Source: Dehalococcoidia bacterium
GTDB lineage: Bacteria; Chloroflexota; Dehalococcoidia; Plut-88900
NCBI GenBank assembly: GCA_965249275.1
Contig: CBDFLQ010000007.1
Coordinates: 416,001-480,000 of the forward strand
Length of the DNA stretch: 64,000 nt
Direction of reading: 5' to 3'
The notes under the pieces are model-generated. The model had not been told where the DNA came from. It made no database searches and was given only the letters and a program-made list of their open reading frames with translations. The translations under genes were made by a program, and so were the position numbers. Of this stretch, positions 29,945 through 39,302 are shown piece after piece; within the stretch, counting starts at the first letter, position 1; each line of letters starts with the position of its first letter.

Positions 29945-30172
29945 TTATCCGGCCTTGCGGACTTCGAGTACTTCTCCCGGCGCCAAGGCCACGCGTCGTA
30001 CGTTAACGCCAAACTTCAGTAACCAGTACCACAGTGTGCCCTTGTTGACTTCCATGTCCTCCGCCATACCGGGCAGCCCCATGCGGTTGTACATCTCCGG
30101 CAGCAGTTCCTCCAGCGGCCGGTTGTAGCGTTCCTCGACGCGGCGCATCAGTTTACTCTTACGAGTAGCCAA
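29945..30172 (-). CDS. Small hypothetical protein with HTH-like segment
   Basis: Strong SD (GGGAGG) before TTG; 'GLPGMAEDMEVNKGTLWYWL' resembles an HTH. Confidence 0.7.
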   Translation of the reverse strand: MATRKSKLMRRVEERYNRPLEELLPEMYNRMGLPGMAEDMEVNKGTLWYWLLKFGVNVRRVALAPGEVLEVRKAG

Positions 30173-30289
30173 AATAACCTCCCACCTCCTGAGGTTGGCT
30201 TCACTCTAGCATCGCTTTAGAACCTGGTCAAGATTTAGTCACAAAAGGTCTAGGTCAGTTACAGTACTGGCTATAGAAACATTCAGAAC

Positions 30290-30916
30290 TTGATTGAAGC
30301 TAAATCCGGGCAGGCTTGTTTATCATCCGACGTCCATGGCAGAATACCCCCGAGCGGCGACCCATTCTACCGATTACCCAACTATCCCAAGCCCAACGAG
30401 CATCGAAGAGTGCTGAACAAACAACCGCCTAACCCCATCCTGGCCACCCGCCAGAACCACGCCCTGGAGCACGCTACAATCGCCATTCTCCTCCAGCGCA
30501 GCGGCGTCAATACAAGGATCGCGGGTCGCGCGTCCGCAGGAGGGTTCCACCTTTACGGGAACCTGTCCACCCACGTGGTCGAGGATGCGGCCCGGGAGGC
30601 CCTCCGACGCCTGAAGAACGGCGAGGCAGAATTGGCCCTTTCGCCCTTCTGCGGCACTAACATCGCTGTCGCGGGGATATTGGCCGGAGTGGCTTCCATC
30701 CTGGCTATGGGCTCCGGAAACAGGTTTCTCAACCTGCCCCGAGTCATCCTTGCCACTATGGTCGCGGTGCTGGCCGCCCAGCCGTTGGGCAAGCTGGTGC
30801 AGAAGAGGCTGACCACTCACACGGACCTGAGCAGTATGGCAATCACCGCCGTGTCCAAGTCGGGCCTGGGCCCCTGGTCTTCCCACAGAATAGACACCGC
30901 TTTTACGTTAGAATAG
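30290..30916 (+). CDS. DUF6391-like protein (start may be GTG 30410)
   Basis: RQNHALEHATI, LALSPFCGTN, two TM segments. Confidence 0.7.
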   Translation: MIEAKSGQACLSSDVHGRIPPSGDPFYRLPNYPKPNEHRRVLNKQPPNPILATRQNHALEHATIAILLQRSGVNTRIAGRASAGGFHLYGNLSTHVVEDAAREALRRLKNGEAELALSPFCGTNIAVAGILAGVASILAMGSGNRFLNLPRVILATMVAVLAAQPLGKLVQKRLTTHTDLSSMAITAVSKSGLGPWSSHRIDTAFTLE

Positions 30917-30953
30917 GCCCGGGCGCCGAGTACCGGGCCACGAGACTGAGTCC

Positions 30954-31029
<76 letters not shown>

Positions 31030-31099
31030 GCCCCCAGCCCGCGCCATCCGTGTATAAAGCCCAATCTAGTCCAGAGTGAGACGAACAAGGAGTGTACTT

Positions 31100-31423
31100 A
31101 TGATCTACGAACTCAGGTCCTACTACGCGGCTCCCGGCAAGATGGACGCCCTTAACAGCAGGTTCCGGGACCACACTTGCGAAATCTTCGAAAGGCACGG
31201 CATGACGGTCGTGGGCTTCTGGACGCCCGAGGGCAAAGAGCAGGAGCTCCTGGTCTACATGCTTGGCTTTGAAGACGCCGAGCACATGAAGAAGTGCTGG
31301 GCATCCTTCGGTGCAGACGAAGAGTGGATTAAAGTCCGCGCCGACAGCGAGGTAGACGGCGAGCTCGTATCCAGCCTCGAAAGCTCGGTTTTCATACCCA
31401 CCGACTACTCGGCAATCAAATAG
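31100..31423 (+). CDS. NIPSNAP family protein
   Basis: MIYELRSY..PGK, FERHGM.VVGFW, LVYML, W.SF..D.EW, PTDYS; SD AGGAG. Confidence 0.9.
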   Translation: MIYELRSYYAAPGKMDALNSRFRDHTCEIFERHGMTVVGFWTPEGKEQELLVYMLGFEDAEHMKKCWASFGADEEWIKVRADSEVDGELVSSLESSVFIPTDYSAIK

Positions 31424-31448
31424 CCCACCGACCGAACAGCGCTAAAGC

Positions 31449-31484
31449 AAGAGAGGGGAACGGCAGAGCCGCTCCCCTCTCTTT
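31449..31484. terminator. Intrinsic (probably bidirectional) terminator
   Basis: AAGAGAGGGGAACGGC-AGA-GCCGCTCCCCTCTCTT followed by T run, between convergent genes. Confidence 0.75.
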
Positions 31485-31535
31485 TATCCCGTCCGGCAAT
31501 GGGCCCCGGTCGGGTCTAGTTTCGTCTCTTGTTTC

Positions 31536-32900
31536 CTACTGGATGTCAGCGAGGAATGTTTCCATTCTCTCAGCCAGGGCGTCCAGGTTGCTACCCAGCC
31601 AAATCTCGTCAACCACGACGGCCTTTTCAAGCGCGTTGGGGGACGTGGGGAGGTTGTCCAAGAGAGTCTGGTCAACTCCCTCGAGGTCTGTGGTGACCAA
31701 CGGCAGGGCCTGAAGGTTCAGGGGTCCGTAGGTGATGTACTTGATCATCTCTACGTTGATGTGCGGCTCGGCCGACCAGGAGATGAACAGCTCTGCGAGT
31801 TCCTTGTTGGGAGAACCCTTCGGAATGTAGAACACGTCGGTCTGCATCAGGTGTCCGCAATCGAAGCAGTATTCGACGTTGTCGCCACCCTCTTCGATCT
31901 GGACGTTCCAGATGCGGCCATTCCAGGCTGTGCACATGTCCGCTTCGTCGTTTAGCAGGGCCGCCGGGCAGTCGGTGCCGGCAGTCCACCAGAACTGGAT
32001 GTCATCCTTGATCTTTTCCAGCTCTTCGAAGGACTGGTCAACCTGCTCAGGGGTGAGCTTGGATATGGCGTTCCGTCCTTCTACGGTTTCCAGGATCTCA
32101 GGGGTACGGTTGAAGTGAGCGAAGAAGATGTTCTCGTTCACCCTGCGACCCATCCACCTGACTCCGGGGAAGTTCTCGGTGTCCCAGAGGGCTGTCCAGT
32201 CGGTGGGGGCTACTCCGCCCCAAAGCTCGTCGACCTTGTTCTTCTGGTAGGCGAGACCCGTGGACCAGAGAACTCCGCCGCCGCCGCTCCACGGGGTAAT
32301 GGCCACCTCGGGGAAGAAGGGGAGGTAACGGTTGTGGATAGCCGGGGTCAGCTCTTCAAGGTCACCCGTCGGGCCAAGCTGGTAAACGGCCCTGGTGCCC
32401 GAGTCGACTACGTCCCAGGTCACGTTTCCGGTTTCCACCATGGAACGGATCTTCGCGTACTCAACGGGGCTGTCTTCAATTAGATTGATGTTGAATTTAT
32501 CCGCGAATGGTATGAAGTAGGCCTGCCTCTGGGCCGCCTGGTATGCGCCGCCCCAGGAAGTTACGTTGAGGCTCTGGCCGCTGTAGTTCGCCAGCTCCGC
32601 CTCGATTTCTTCGAAGGTACCCGGCGCATCAGCGGTCCAGTCGGCCATGGCCCGGAGTTCGGGGGGTGCAGGCTCGGGTTCGGGGGTAGCTGTAACTACG
32701 CCAGCAGGTACTGCCGTAGCCGTGGCCTCCTCCATCGCCGGCTCAGCCGTTGGCTCTTCCATCGCTGGCTCGGGGGTTGCCGTGGCGGCTTCGCCACAGG
32801 CAGCGACCACGAGCATGAGGGCCAGGACCAGTCCCAGCGCTCCGACGATGGCCCGGCGCCTGCCCAGGCTCATCTTGATTCGTTTCTTTCCTAATTGCAT
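31536..32900 (-). CDS. PotD/PotF-like ABC substrate-binding lipoprotein
   Basis: Lipobox-like VAAC, TATPEP linker, SWGGAYQAAQ, GNVTWDVVD, AWNGRI, IPKGSPNKE. Confidence 0.85.
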   Translation of the reverse strand: MQLGKKRIKMSLGRRRAIVGALGLVLALMLVVAACGEAATATPEPAMEEPTAEPAMEEATATAVPAGVVTATPEPEPAPPELRAMADWTADAPGTFEEIEAELANYSGQSLNVTSWGGAYQAAQRQAYFIPFADKFNINLIEDSPVEYAKIRSMVETGNVTWDVVDSGTRAVYQLGPTGDLEELTPAIHNRYLPFFPEVAITPWSGGGGVLWSTGLAYQKNKVDELWGGVAPTDWTALWDTENFPGVRWMGRRVNENIFFAHFNRTPEILETVEGRNAISKLTPEQVDQSFEELEKIKDDIQFWWTAGTDCPAALLNDEADMCTAWNGRIWNVQIEEGGDNVEYCFDCGHLMQTDVFYIPKGSPNKELAELFISWSAEPHINVEMIKYITYGPLNLQALPLVTTDLEGVDQTLLDNLPTSPNALEKAVVVDEIWLGSNLDALAERMETFLADIQ

Positions 32901-33112
32901 AAGCTCTCCTATCTAAAAGTACTTACGCGTCTCACTTTAGTCGACGCGTCCATCTTCATATGCCGGGGTCCCGTTAGTTCCATAGGCGTTCTCCTCAAGG
33001 TTAGGTCTGTTTGTCGTATTACTTCGATAATACAGCTAATTTTGTCTTTGAACCTTTGCCGGTCTCTCAAATTATGAAGGCAGGTAAAGGATACCACCTA
33101 CCGGTTCTAATC

Positions 33113-33154
33113 GGATGGAGGCGGAAGAGGTCTGAGCCTCCCCCGCCTCTATCC
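33113..33154 (-). terminator. Stem-loop downstream of the second binding protein
   Basis: GGATGGAGGCGGAAGAGG/CCTCCCCCGCCTCTATCC imperfect inverted repeat. Confidence 0.45.
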
Positions 33155-33213
33155 TGATTGCTGATTTCTCGTTTTTCTGTCAAGTTAAGGCCTACTCCGC
33201 AGTTAATCGTCAG

Positions 33214-34527
33214 CTACTCCTGCAGCAGTTCCTGGAATTGTTCGATCAGCATTTGACCGTCATCCAGGTTGGTGCCCAGCCAGTACTCATCCATGAGCAC
33301 GACCTTCTCCAACGCGATGGGGGAAGTCGGCAGGGCATCCACAATCTCCGGAGCGAGCACCGAGGGCGCCAGGGCGACCGCGTCCGCGTGCAGGGGCCCG
33401 TAGGTGATGTAGTTGGAAACCTGGACGGCATTCTCCGGGAATCCCATCCACGCCAGGTACAACTCCGATAGTTCTTTGTTGGGGGAGCCCTTAACTATCG
33501 AGTAGACGCCGGTCTGGTTGATGTGTCCACACTCGTAGCAGTAGTAGAGCGGGGAATTCTCATCCTCTTGCTGGGCGTTCCAGATCCTGCCGTTCCAGGC
33601 GGAGCATGTGTCGAAGTCCCCTGCTATCAGTCCCTGGGGGCAATCGGTGCCGGTGTGCCACCAGTTGATCAGGTCGTCTTTTATCACCCTAAGGTGCTGG
33701 AAGGACTCTTCCACCTGTGCGTCGTCCAGGCTGCTTATGCTCTGTCTGCCCTCAACCGTTTCCAACAGCTCCGGATGGAGCGCCATCTGGGCAAAGATCA
33801 CGTTCTCGTTGGGCCGGTCACCCAGAGACCTGTATCCGGGAACGCCTTCGACATCCCAGAAGTCGACCCAACTCGTGGGAGCGCCCTCGTGATTGGGGTA
33901 GGCGTCGAAACTGTAGGCCAGACCGGTTGACCACATGATGCCGGCGCCGCCGCTCCAAGGCGTGACGGTAATGGCAGGATACCCGTCCAGGTAGCCCTTG
34001 TGGATCGCCGGATCCAGTTCTTCCAGGTAGCCGGGAATGCCGAGGGTGTAGACCCACCTGGTGCCGAAGTCGACGACGTCCCAGGTCACGTTGCCCGTTT
34101 CCGCCATCGCCTTTATCTTGGCCAGCTCGACTGGGCTGTCTTCAACTATCCCAATCCCGAACTTATCCGCGAAGGGGATCATGTGGCCCTGTCTGACGGC
34201 CGCCTGCCAGCCGCCGCCCCAGCTGGTCTGGTTTAAGCTCTGGCCGCGGTATTTGGTCAGCTCCGCCTCGATCTCAGCCAACGTGGCCGGATTCTCTTCG
34301 GTCCACTCCGACCGGGGTCTGACGTGGCTCACCATCGCATCCCCATCGTCCATGGCATCGTCATCGGTTTCCATGGTCGTGTCCGGTTCCTCGGGTTCGG
34401 GGGTCGCGGTCGCAGACTCGCCGCACGCTGCGCCTACTAGCAACGCCATCGCCAGGACGCTAAGTACGGCAAGCAAGGTCCACTTCTCGGTCAATCTTCG
34501 TCTCAAGGTCGTAGATATTTGTCTCAT
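33214..34527 (-). CDS. PotD/PotF-like ABC substrate-binding lipoprotein (paralog of 31536..32900)
   Basis: GAAC lipobox, SWGGGWQAA, GNVTWDVVD, AWNGRIWN, KGSPNKE. Confidence 0.85.
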   Translation of the reverse strand: MRQISTTLRRRLTEKWTLLAVLSVLAMALLVGAACGESATATPEPEEPDTTMETDDDAMDDGDAMVSHVRPRSEWTEENPATLAEIEAELTKYRGQSLNQTSWGGGWQAAVRQGHMIPFADKFGIGIVEDSPVELAKIKAMAETGNVTWDVVDFGTRWVYTLGIPGYLEELDPAIHKGYLDGYPAITVTPWSGGAGIMWSTGLAYSFDAYPNHEGAPTSWVDFWDVEGVPGYRSLGDRPNENVIFAQMALHPELLETVEGRQSISSLDDAQVEESFQHLRVIKDDLINWWHTGTDCPQGLIAGDFDTCSAWNGRIWNAQQEDENSPLYYCYECGHINQTGVYSIVKGSPNKELSELYLAWMGFPENAVQVSNYITYGPLHADAVALAPSVLAPEIVDALPTSPIALEKVVLMDEYWLGTNLDDGQMLIEQFQELLQE

Positions 34528-34785
34528 ATTCCCTCCTTCACCGAGTTGTTCATCCGTGTCTGGATGGCTTCCATTGGTCTAATGTCAGCCCGTTTTAACG
34601 GTTTTGCCTGAAGGTAAAAGGGTAACCTCCCCCCTTATAGAGATTAGGGGATTCTATAGACGGGCCACTCCATTTGTCAAATTTTGCCCATCCCAGCACC
34701 TTGTCAGACGGCCTCTCAATAGCATCTAACTACTCGTAAAGTACTGATGGTATACTCACGCCACCCAACCCCGAGAGGTAAACCG

Positions 34786-35940
34786 TTGCAACAAAACCCT
34801 AATCTTCCCTTCACAGCCGACGAATATCGTATACGGGTCGAAAAGACCCTTGAAGCCATGAATAGTAAAGGCCTCGACGGCCTGATGATTCACTCACCTG
34901 AAAACATCTACTATCTAACCGGCTACCACAGCGTCGGCTATTTCACCTATACCGCACTTATTCTTACTTCAAAGGGTGTGACCATAGTGGCGAGAAGCCT
35001 GCTATCCAGCATGGTAAAGCACACTTCCTGGGTTGATGACTTCCAAGGCTGGACCGACACCCAGGACCCCATCGCCACTACCAAGATCGCCCTCGACTCC
35101 GCCGGTCTTATCGGCAAAAACGTCGGCTATGACGAGCAGGCATGGTTCTATAACATCGGGCACCACAATGCACTTGTTGCCAGTTGCGGCGCCACGAATT
35201 TTGTAGAGACGGCGGGCCTCGTAGAAGTTGTCCGCCGATTCAAGTCGCCCCAGGAGGTCGCATACATCCGGGAAGCAGCGCGAACTTGCAAGGCCGCCAT
35301 GCAGGGCTGTATCGACGCTATAGAAGAAGGCGCCACCGAGAATGACGCCGCTGCCGCCGCATATTACGAATCTATCAAGGCGGGCAGCGAGTACCTGGGC
35401 CACGCTATGCTCGTGGCTACCGGCGCCCGGGGTGGCATCGGATTCACCACCTGGGAGCGGACCCCCATAAATCGCGGCGACCTTCTCTTCCTGGAAATGG
35501 GCGGGACCTACAAGCGCTACAACGCCGCCATGTCCCGCGGTGTGGTTGTCGGCGAGCCCTCCGATCTAGCCAAACGCCTGGCCGAAGCTTCGAGAGGCGC
35601 CCTCGAACGGGCCATAGAAGCGATGCAGCCCGGCGCGACTTCCGCTTCCGTAGACAGGGCCGCTCGAGGCTACATGGAAGAAAAGGGCCTCGGCGAGCAC
35701 TTCCAACACCGCTGCGGCTACCTCATCGGCATCGGTTTTCCCCCCGACTGGGGCGAGGGCCGCTTGATGAGCATCATCGAGAACGACGAGACTCCCTTGG
35801 AACCCGGCCTTGTCTTCCACCTGGTCCCCGACGTCAAAATCGACGGCGAGATCGGCGTAATCTACTCCGATACCATCCTCGTAACCGACTCGGGCCCCGA
35901 GGTCCTGACCGACTTCCCCAGAGACCTCGTAGTAAAATAA
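34786..35940 (+). CDS. M24 (Xaa-Pro peptidase / creatinase / DoeA-like) hydrolase
   Basis: PENIYYLTGY, KSPQE, HRCGY.IG..FPPDWGEG, SDTILVT; TTG start after GAGAGGT (alternative ATG 34747). Confidence 0.85.
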   Translation: MQQNPNLPFTADEYRIRVEKTLEAMNSKGLDGLMIHSPENIYYLTGYHSVGYFTYTALILTSKGVTIVARSLLSSMVKHTSWVDDFQGWTDTQDPIATTKIALDSAGLIGKNVGYDEQAWFYNIGHHNALVASCGATNFVETAGLVEVVRRFKSPQEVAYIREAARTCKAAMQGCIDAIEEGATENDAAAAAYYESIKAGSEYLGHAMLVATGARGGIGFTTWERTPINRGDLLFLEMGGTYKRYNAAMSRGVVVGEPSDLAKRLAEASRGALERAIEAMQPGATSASVDRAARGYMEEKGLGEHFQHRCGYLIGIGFPPDWGEGRLMSIIENDETPLEPGLVFHLVPDVKIDGEIGVIYSDTILVTDSGPEVLTDFPRDLVVK

Positions 35941-35989
35941 GACCGCTCCCAAGAACCTCCCCCCATCCCTTTCTCTCATGCCATTCCGC

Positions 35990-36060
35990 GGGGTAGGGCC
36001 GCTCACCCTGAGCACCGTCGAAGGGTCGAGCGGGGGTGGCCCATGTACAGCCAATCCGTC
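35990..36060 (+). repeat. REP-like module, copy 1
   Basis: GGGCCGCTCACCCTGAGCACCGTCGAAGGGTCGAGCGGGGG...GCCAATCCGTC, near-identical to 43371-43441. Confidence 0.85.
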
Positions 36061-36104
36061 ACGCCCGCCTTCATCCCAACCCAGCTTCTTTACACTGTCA
36101 TTCC

Positions 36105-37160
36105 TGTAAGTGTTAGGTAATTCGTTGACAGATTGGTATAAGAGGCCAACACCAATCTGGAGGCGAGAATGCGAGACAATAGCAAGGATCTCACCCTTGA
36201 ACGGAACTACATTCAGAAGTGGCGGTTCCTCATCCATGAGTATCAACTGGTCAAGGCAGGGAAGCATCCCCGTTTCCGCTTCGCCCAGGACTTCTACTCC
36301 TTCCACGGCACCAGCCGTCAGACCTTTGCCAAGTACTACAACCGATTCCTCCTCTCCCCCTCCGACAACGCCTTCCTCCCCCGTAAGCGGGGTCCCGGGT
36401 GGAAGTCCCGCCGCACCCTGCCCTACATTGAGCAGAAGGTCATCAACGAGCGCCTTAACGGTACCAACCGTTACGAGATCTATGCCATACTCAAACCCAT
36501 CCTTAAACACAACACCCCTAAGCCCTCCACCATCTACGCCATCACCAGACGCCACGGTTTCAATAGGCTCACAAAGCCGATGCAGCAATCGAAGCGCAAG
36601 ATCATCAAGACCCGGGCAGGAGAGCTGGGCCACCTGGACAGCCACTACCTCAGCCGGGATACCATCGTGGGCACCAAGCACCGCTACTACCTGGTGGGCC
36701 TCATCGACGCCTACACCCGTCTGGCCTGGGCCGAAGTGGTCGGAGACATCAAGAGTCTCTCCGTTATGTTTGCTGTATTGAAGTCCATCAACTTCCTCAA
36801 TGCGGAGTACGGCATCCAATTCGAGGCTATCCTCACCGACAACGGCCCCGAGATGGCCTCCCCAAGGAACACCGAGGGCCACCCCATGGAACGGATGCTC
36901 AATGAGCTGGGCATAAAGCACCGCTACACCCGCCCTTATAGGCCCCAGACCAACGGGAAGATAGAGCGGTTCTGGAGAACCTTGAACGAGGACCTGCTGG
37001 AGGGGACAACCTTCGAATCGGTCTCGGAACTGAAGGACGAGCTTCAGCAATACCTGATCTACTACAATACTCAGAGACCCCACCAGGCAATGGACGGAAA
37101 GACCCCTTTGCAAACCCTTAAATCTCTCTAATTCTGTCAACGAATTACCTGACATCTACA
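36105..37160 (+). mobile_element. IS481-family insertion sequence (1056 bp)
   Basis: IRs TGTAAGTGTTAGGTAATTCGTTGACAGA / TCTGTCAACGAATTACCTGACATCTACA; ATTCC duplicated at 36100-36104 and 37161-37165. Confidence 0.92.
36169..37131 (+). CDS. IS481-family DDE transposase
   Basis: GHLD, LTDNGPE, PYRPQTNGKIERFWRTL, YN..RPH. Confidence 0.93.
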   Translation: MRDNSKDLTLERNYIQKWRFLIHEYQLVKAGKHPRFRFAQDFYSFHGTSRQTFAKYYNRFLLSPSDNAFLPRKRGPGWKSRRTLPYIEQKVINERLNGTNRYEIYAILKPILKHNTPKPSTIYAITRRHGFNRLTKPMQQSKRKIIKTRAGELGHLDSHYLSRDTIVGTKHRYYLVGLIDAYTRLAWAEVVGDIKSLSVMFAVLKSINFLNAEYGIQFEAILTDNGPEMASPRNTEGHPMERMLNELGIKHRYTRPYRPQTNGKIERFWRTLNEDLLEGTTFESVSELKDELQQYLIYYNTQRPHQAMDGKTPLQTLKSL

Positions 37161-37214
37161 ATTCCGAGGCTCCGCGAGGAATCTGGGGCGGGGCCTCCCT
37201 CCCCCCTAGGTAAC

Positions 37215-37255
37215 GACATATGAGCCATGCTGCTCCGCAGCATGGCTCATATGTC
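37215..37255. repeat. Perfect 19-bp inverted repeat
   Basis: GACATATGAGCCATGCTGC-TCC-GCAGCATGGCTCATATGTC. Confidence 0.85.
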
Positions 37256-37350
37256 AATAAAACAGGGGGGCGGGGCGGGGTCCTGTCCCCTCTCCCTCTG
37301 ACGGGAGAGGGCTAGGGTGAGGGTGATTCCCCAAAAGTGACACGATCCCC

Positions 37351-37380
37351 TTGACTAAATCAAAACACATGTACTATATT
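37351..37380 (+). promoter_or_regulatory. sigma70 promoter with overlapping LexA-like box, copy A
   Basis: TTGACT-N18-TATATT with AAAC-ACAT-GTAC abutting the -10; same geometry at 44858-44887. Confidence 0.6.
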
Positions 37381-38188
37381 GCTGCCCAGGCCCGACTTCC
37401 TATGTCGGCCCTATCCAAGGAAAAGGATTAAAAGAGTCCCATGAGTCGCACAAGCCTTCATAGGCCCCGTCCTCCCCGTGCGGTATGGCTCCGCCCGGCC
37501 ACAGGCACGCGCCTCTTTCCCTGCCCCTTTCCACCCATCGTCCCCCTTCACACCCCCCACTACAAGCGCTGCCCAAAGGCCCATCGCCTCCGCCTCCGCA
37601 GCGATCAATCACTGTCCCCCCCGGTCCACGTGACCGGCTATGGAAGGTTCCCGGACAAAAAACGGCTTGCCCTTTCCAAGGGCTCCTGCCAAGTGCGCGC
37701 TGCACTCAACCGGCGCAACACCCTCGCCCTCTCGGGCGGCGCCCACGAGCACGGCGTCAAGTTGCTCAACAGGGCCATCGTGCCCGGAGACTCCACCGTC
37801 GTTGCCCTCGGAGAGGCCATGCCACACGGCGACGGCAGAGAGTCCACGCCCCCATATCTCCGTATGGCTGGGCACTTCTGGTGGCCGAGACTGCCCCACA
37901 CCGAGATTCCCTCGCGTCTCTTCCACATCCTCTCAGAAGCACGGGGCTGTCGCAAAGCCGGCGTCGATGTGGAACATCCGCTGTGGCGGACAACACTCAT
38001 CGGTACAGGCGTCGCCGTCTTCCTGCGCAACCGTCCGGGACCTTCCATCCCCTCCCTCTCCCTCTCTATCTGTCCCCTCCCCCGTAGGGGCGACCGGCTG
38101 GTCGCTCTGGGGTGGGGCTCGCCTATTGTCCCCCCGCCACCCACGAAAGGAGCCCGCCTACCCGCCAACGCCCACAACTGAATAACCG
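37381..38188 (+). other. Uncharacterised C-rich element body A (homologous to 44888-45516); low-complexity ORFs in all three forward frames
   Basis: Co-linear matches to copy B (ATGGAAGGT, TCCA(A)GGGC.CCTGCC, GGACCTTCCATC, AACTGAATAACCG). Confidence 0.55.
38084..38118 (+). repeat. GTAG-type REP
   Basis: GTAGGGGCGACCGGCTGGTCGCTC...; second copy at 45526-45559. Confidence 0.75.
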
Positions 38189-38230
38189 CCGCCCCTACAT
38201 TCAGGCGTATTTACCGGTCAAAGGCCGGGG

Positions 38231-39205
38231 TTAACGGGTCTCCCGCCGCGCTACCCACCTGGGCTGGTCGCAGATGTCGCCCAGGAACTCCATCACCGTG
38301 TGGGCCGCCAGGTAGGAGGTCACCCCCGTCCCGACGTCCAGCTGCGGATTAACCTCGCACAGGTCAAACCCTATGATGTCGGCGTGCTCGGCCAGCACCT
38401 TCAGGGTCTTCTGGAGTTCCGCGTACATCATCCCGTTCGGCTCCGCCGAGACGCAGCCCGGGACCAGGCTCATATCCAGCACGTCTATGTCTATGGACAC
38501 GTAGCACCTGGCATTCGATGGCAGCTCCTCCACCAGGTCCTTATGCCCCCTGTCCCGGAACTCTTCCATGCTTATTACGTGATTCCCGTCACGGAACGAG
38601 TCATCGATGTTCTCCTTGATATTACGCAGGCTGCGGATTCCAACCTGATATATCGACTCTACGTTCTGCATTGCGTTGATGTGCCGAAAGGCATGACCAT
38701 TGGTGTATTCAAACCCGTGCATAAACGGCGCGTAGTCTATGTGGGCGTCGAAGTGGAAGACGTACAGCGGGTCTTCGTAGGCCCGGACCACGGGGAAGGT
38801 GATCGCGTGGTCCCCGCCCAGAACGACGGGCATGGCGCCCCTCTCCAGAACCTTCTTTGTCATGGCGGTGATGTTGTAGAAGGAGTCCTCGGCGTTGGTC
38901 GGTATTATCGGTGCGTCACCGACATCCGCGATACGCCCGTTCTTCATCTCGTATTCCAGGTATTCCTTGTCCTCGGAGAAGTTGTAGAACCCCTCCTGTC
39001 CGAAGCGCAGCGAGTGCTGCCTGATGCTCTGGGGCGCGAACCGTGCGCCGCCCATGAACGGCGAGCCTTCGTCCGTCGGGGCGCCCATGACCGCGATGTC
39101 GGCCTCCAGCTGGTCCAGGTCCGTCACGATCCTCGACCTCAAGAACGAAGGAATCCCGCTGAACGGCCAGACTTTCGCGCCACGGTACATGTCATGTTGC
39201 TGCAT
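38231..39205 (-). CDS. Agmatinase/arginase-family ureohydrolase
   Basis: GARFAP, GGDHAIT, DAHID, SIDID metal-ligand motifs. Confidence 0.9.
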   Translation of the reverse strand: MQQHDMYRGAKVWPFSGIPSFLRSRIVTDLDQLEADIAVMGAPTDEGSPFMGGARFAPQSIRQHSLRFGQEGFYNFSEDKEYLEYEMKNGRIADVGDAPIIPTNAEDSFYNITAMTKKVLERGAMPVVLGGDHAITFPVVRAYEDPLYVFHFDAHIDYAPFMHGFEYTNGHAFRHINAMQNVESIYQVGIRSLRNIKENIDDSFRDGNHVISMEEFRDRGHKDLVEELPSNARCYVSIDIDVLDMSLVPGCVSAEPNGMMYAELQKTLKVLAEHADIIGFDLCEVNPQLDVGTGVTSYLAAHTVMEFLGDICDQPRWVARRETR

Positions 39206-39302
39206 TTCTTAGTCCTTTATGTAAATTGAGGCCGCTTTATGTAAATCCTGCCTCGTGTCCCTCGCCAGTCTAGGGGGTTAGGGTGAGGATAAACTTGGCC
39301 CC

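Noticed and set aside
31845-31870. CxxCGH as a c-type heme motif in the binding proteins
   Set aside because: Heme c attachment needs CxxCH; here a Gly intervenes in both paralogs
32895-33097. 60-62 aa ORFs between the two binding-protein genes
   Set aside because: AT-rich leader region with no SD or family motifs; better explained as regulatory DNA
34575-34640. Possible c-di-GMP-I riboswitch or shared leader motif upstream of the two binding proteins (cf. 33045-33105)
   Set aside because: Only a GGCAAA-like fragment and short patchy similarity; the GNRA loop and second stem are not evident
35566-37155. 529-aa minus-strand ORF
   Set aside because: Antisense shadow of the IS481 transposase, the REP region and the M24 gene; no recognisable motifs
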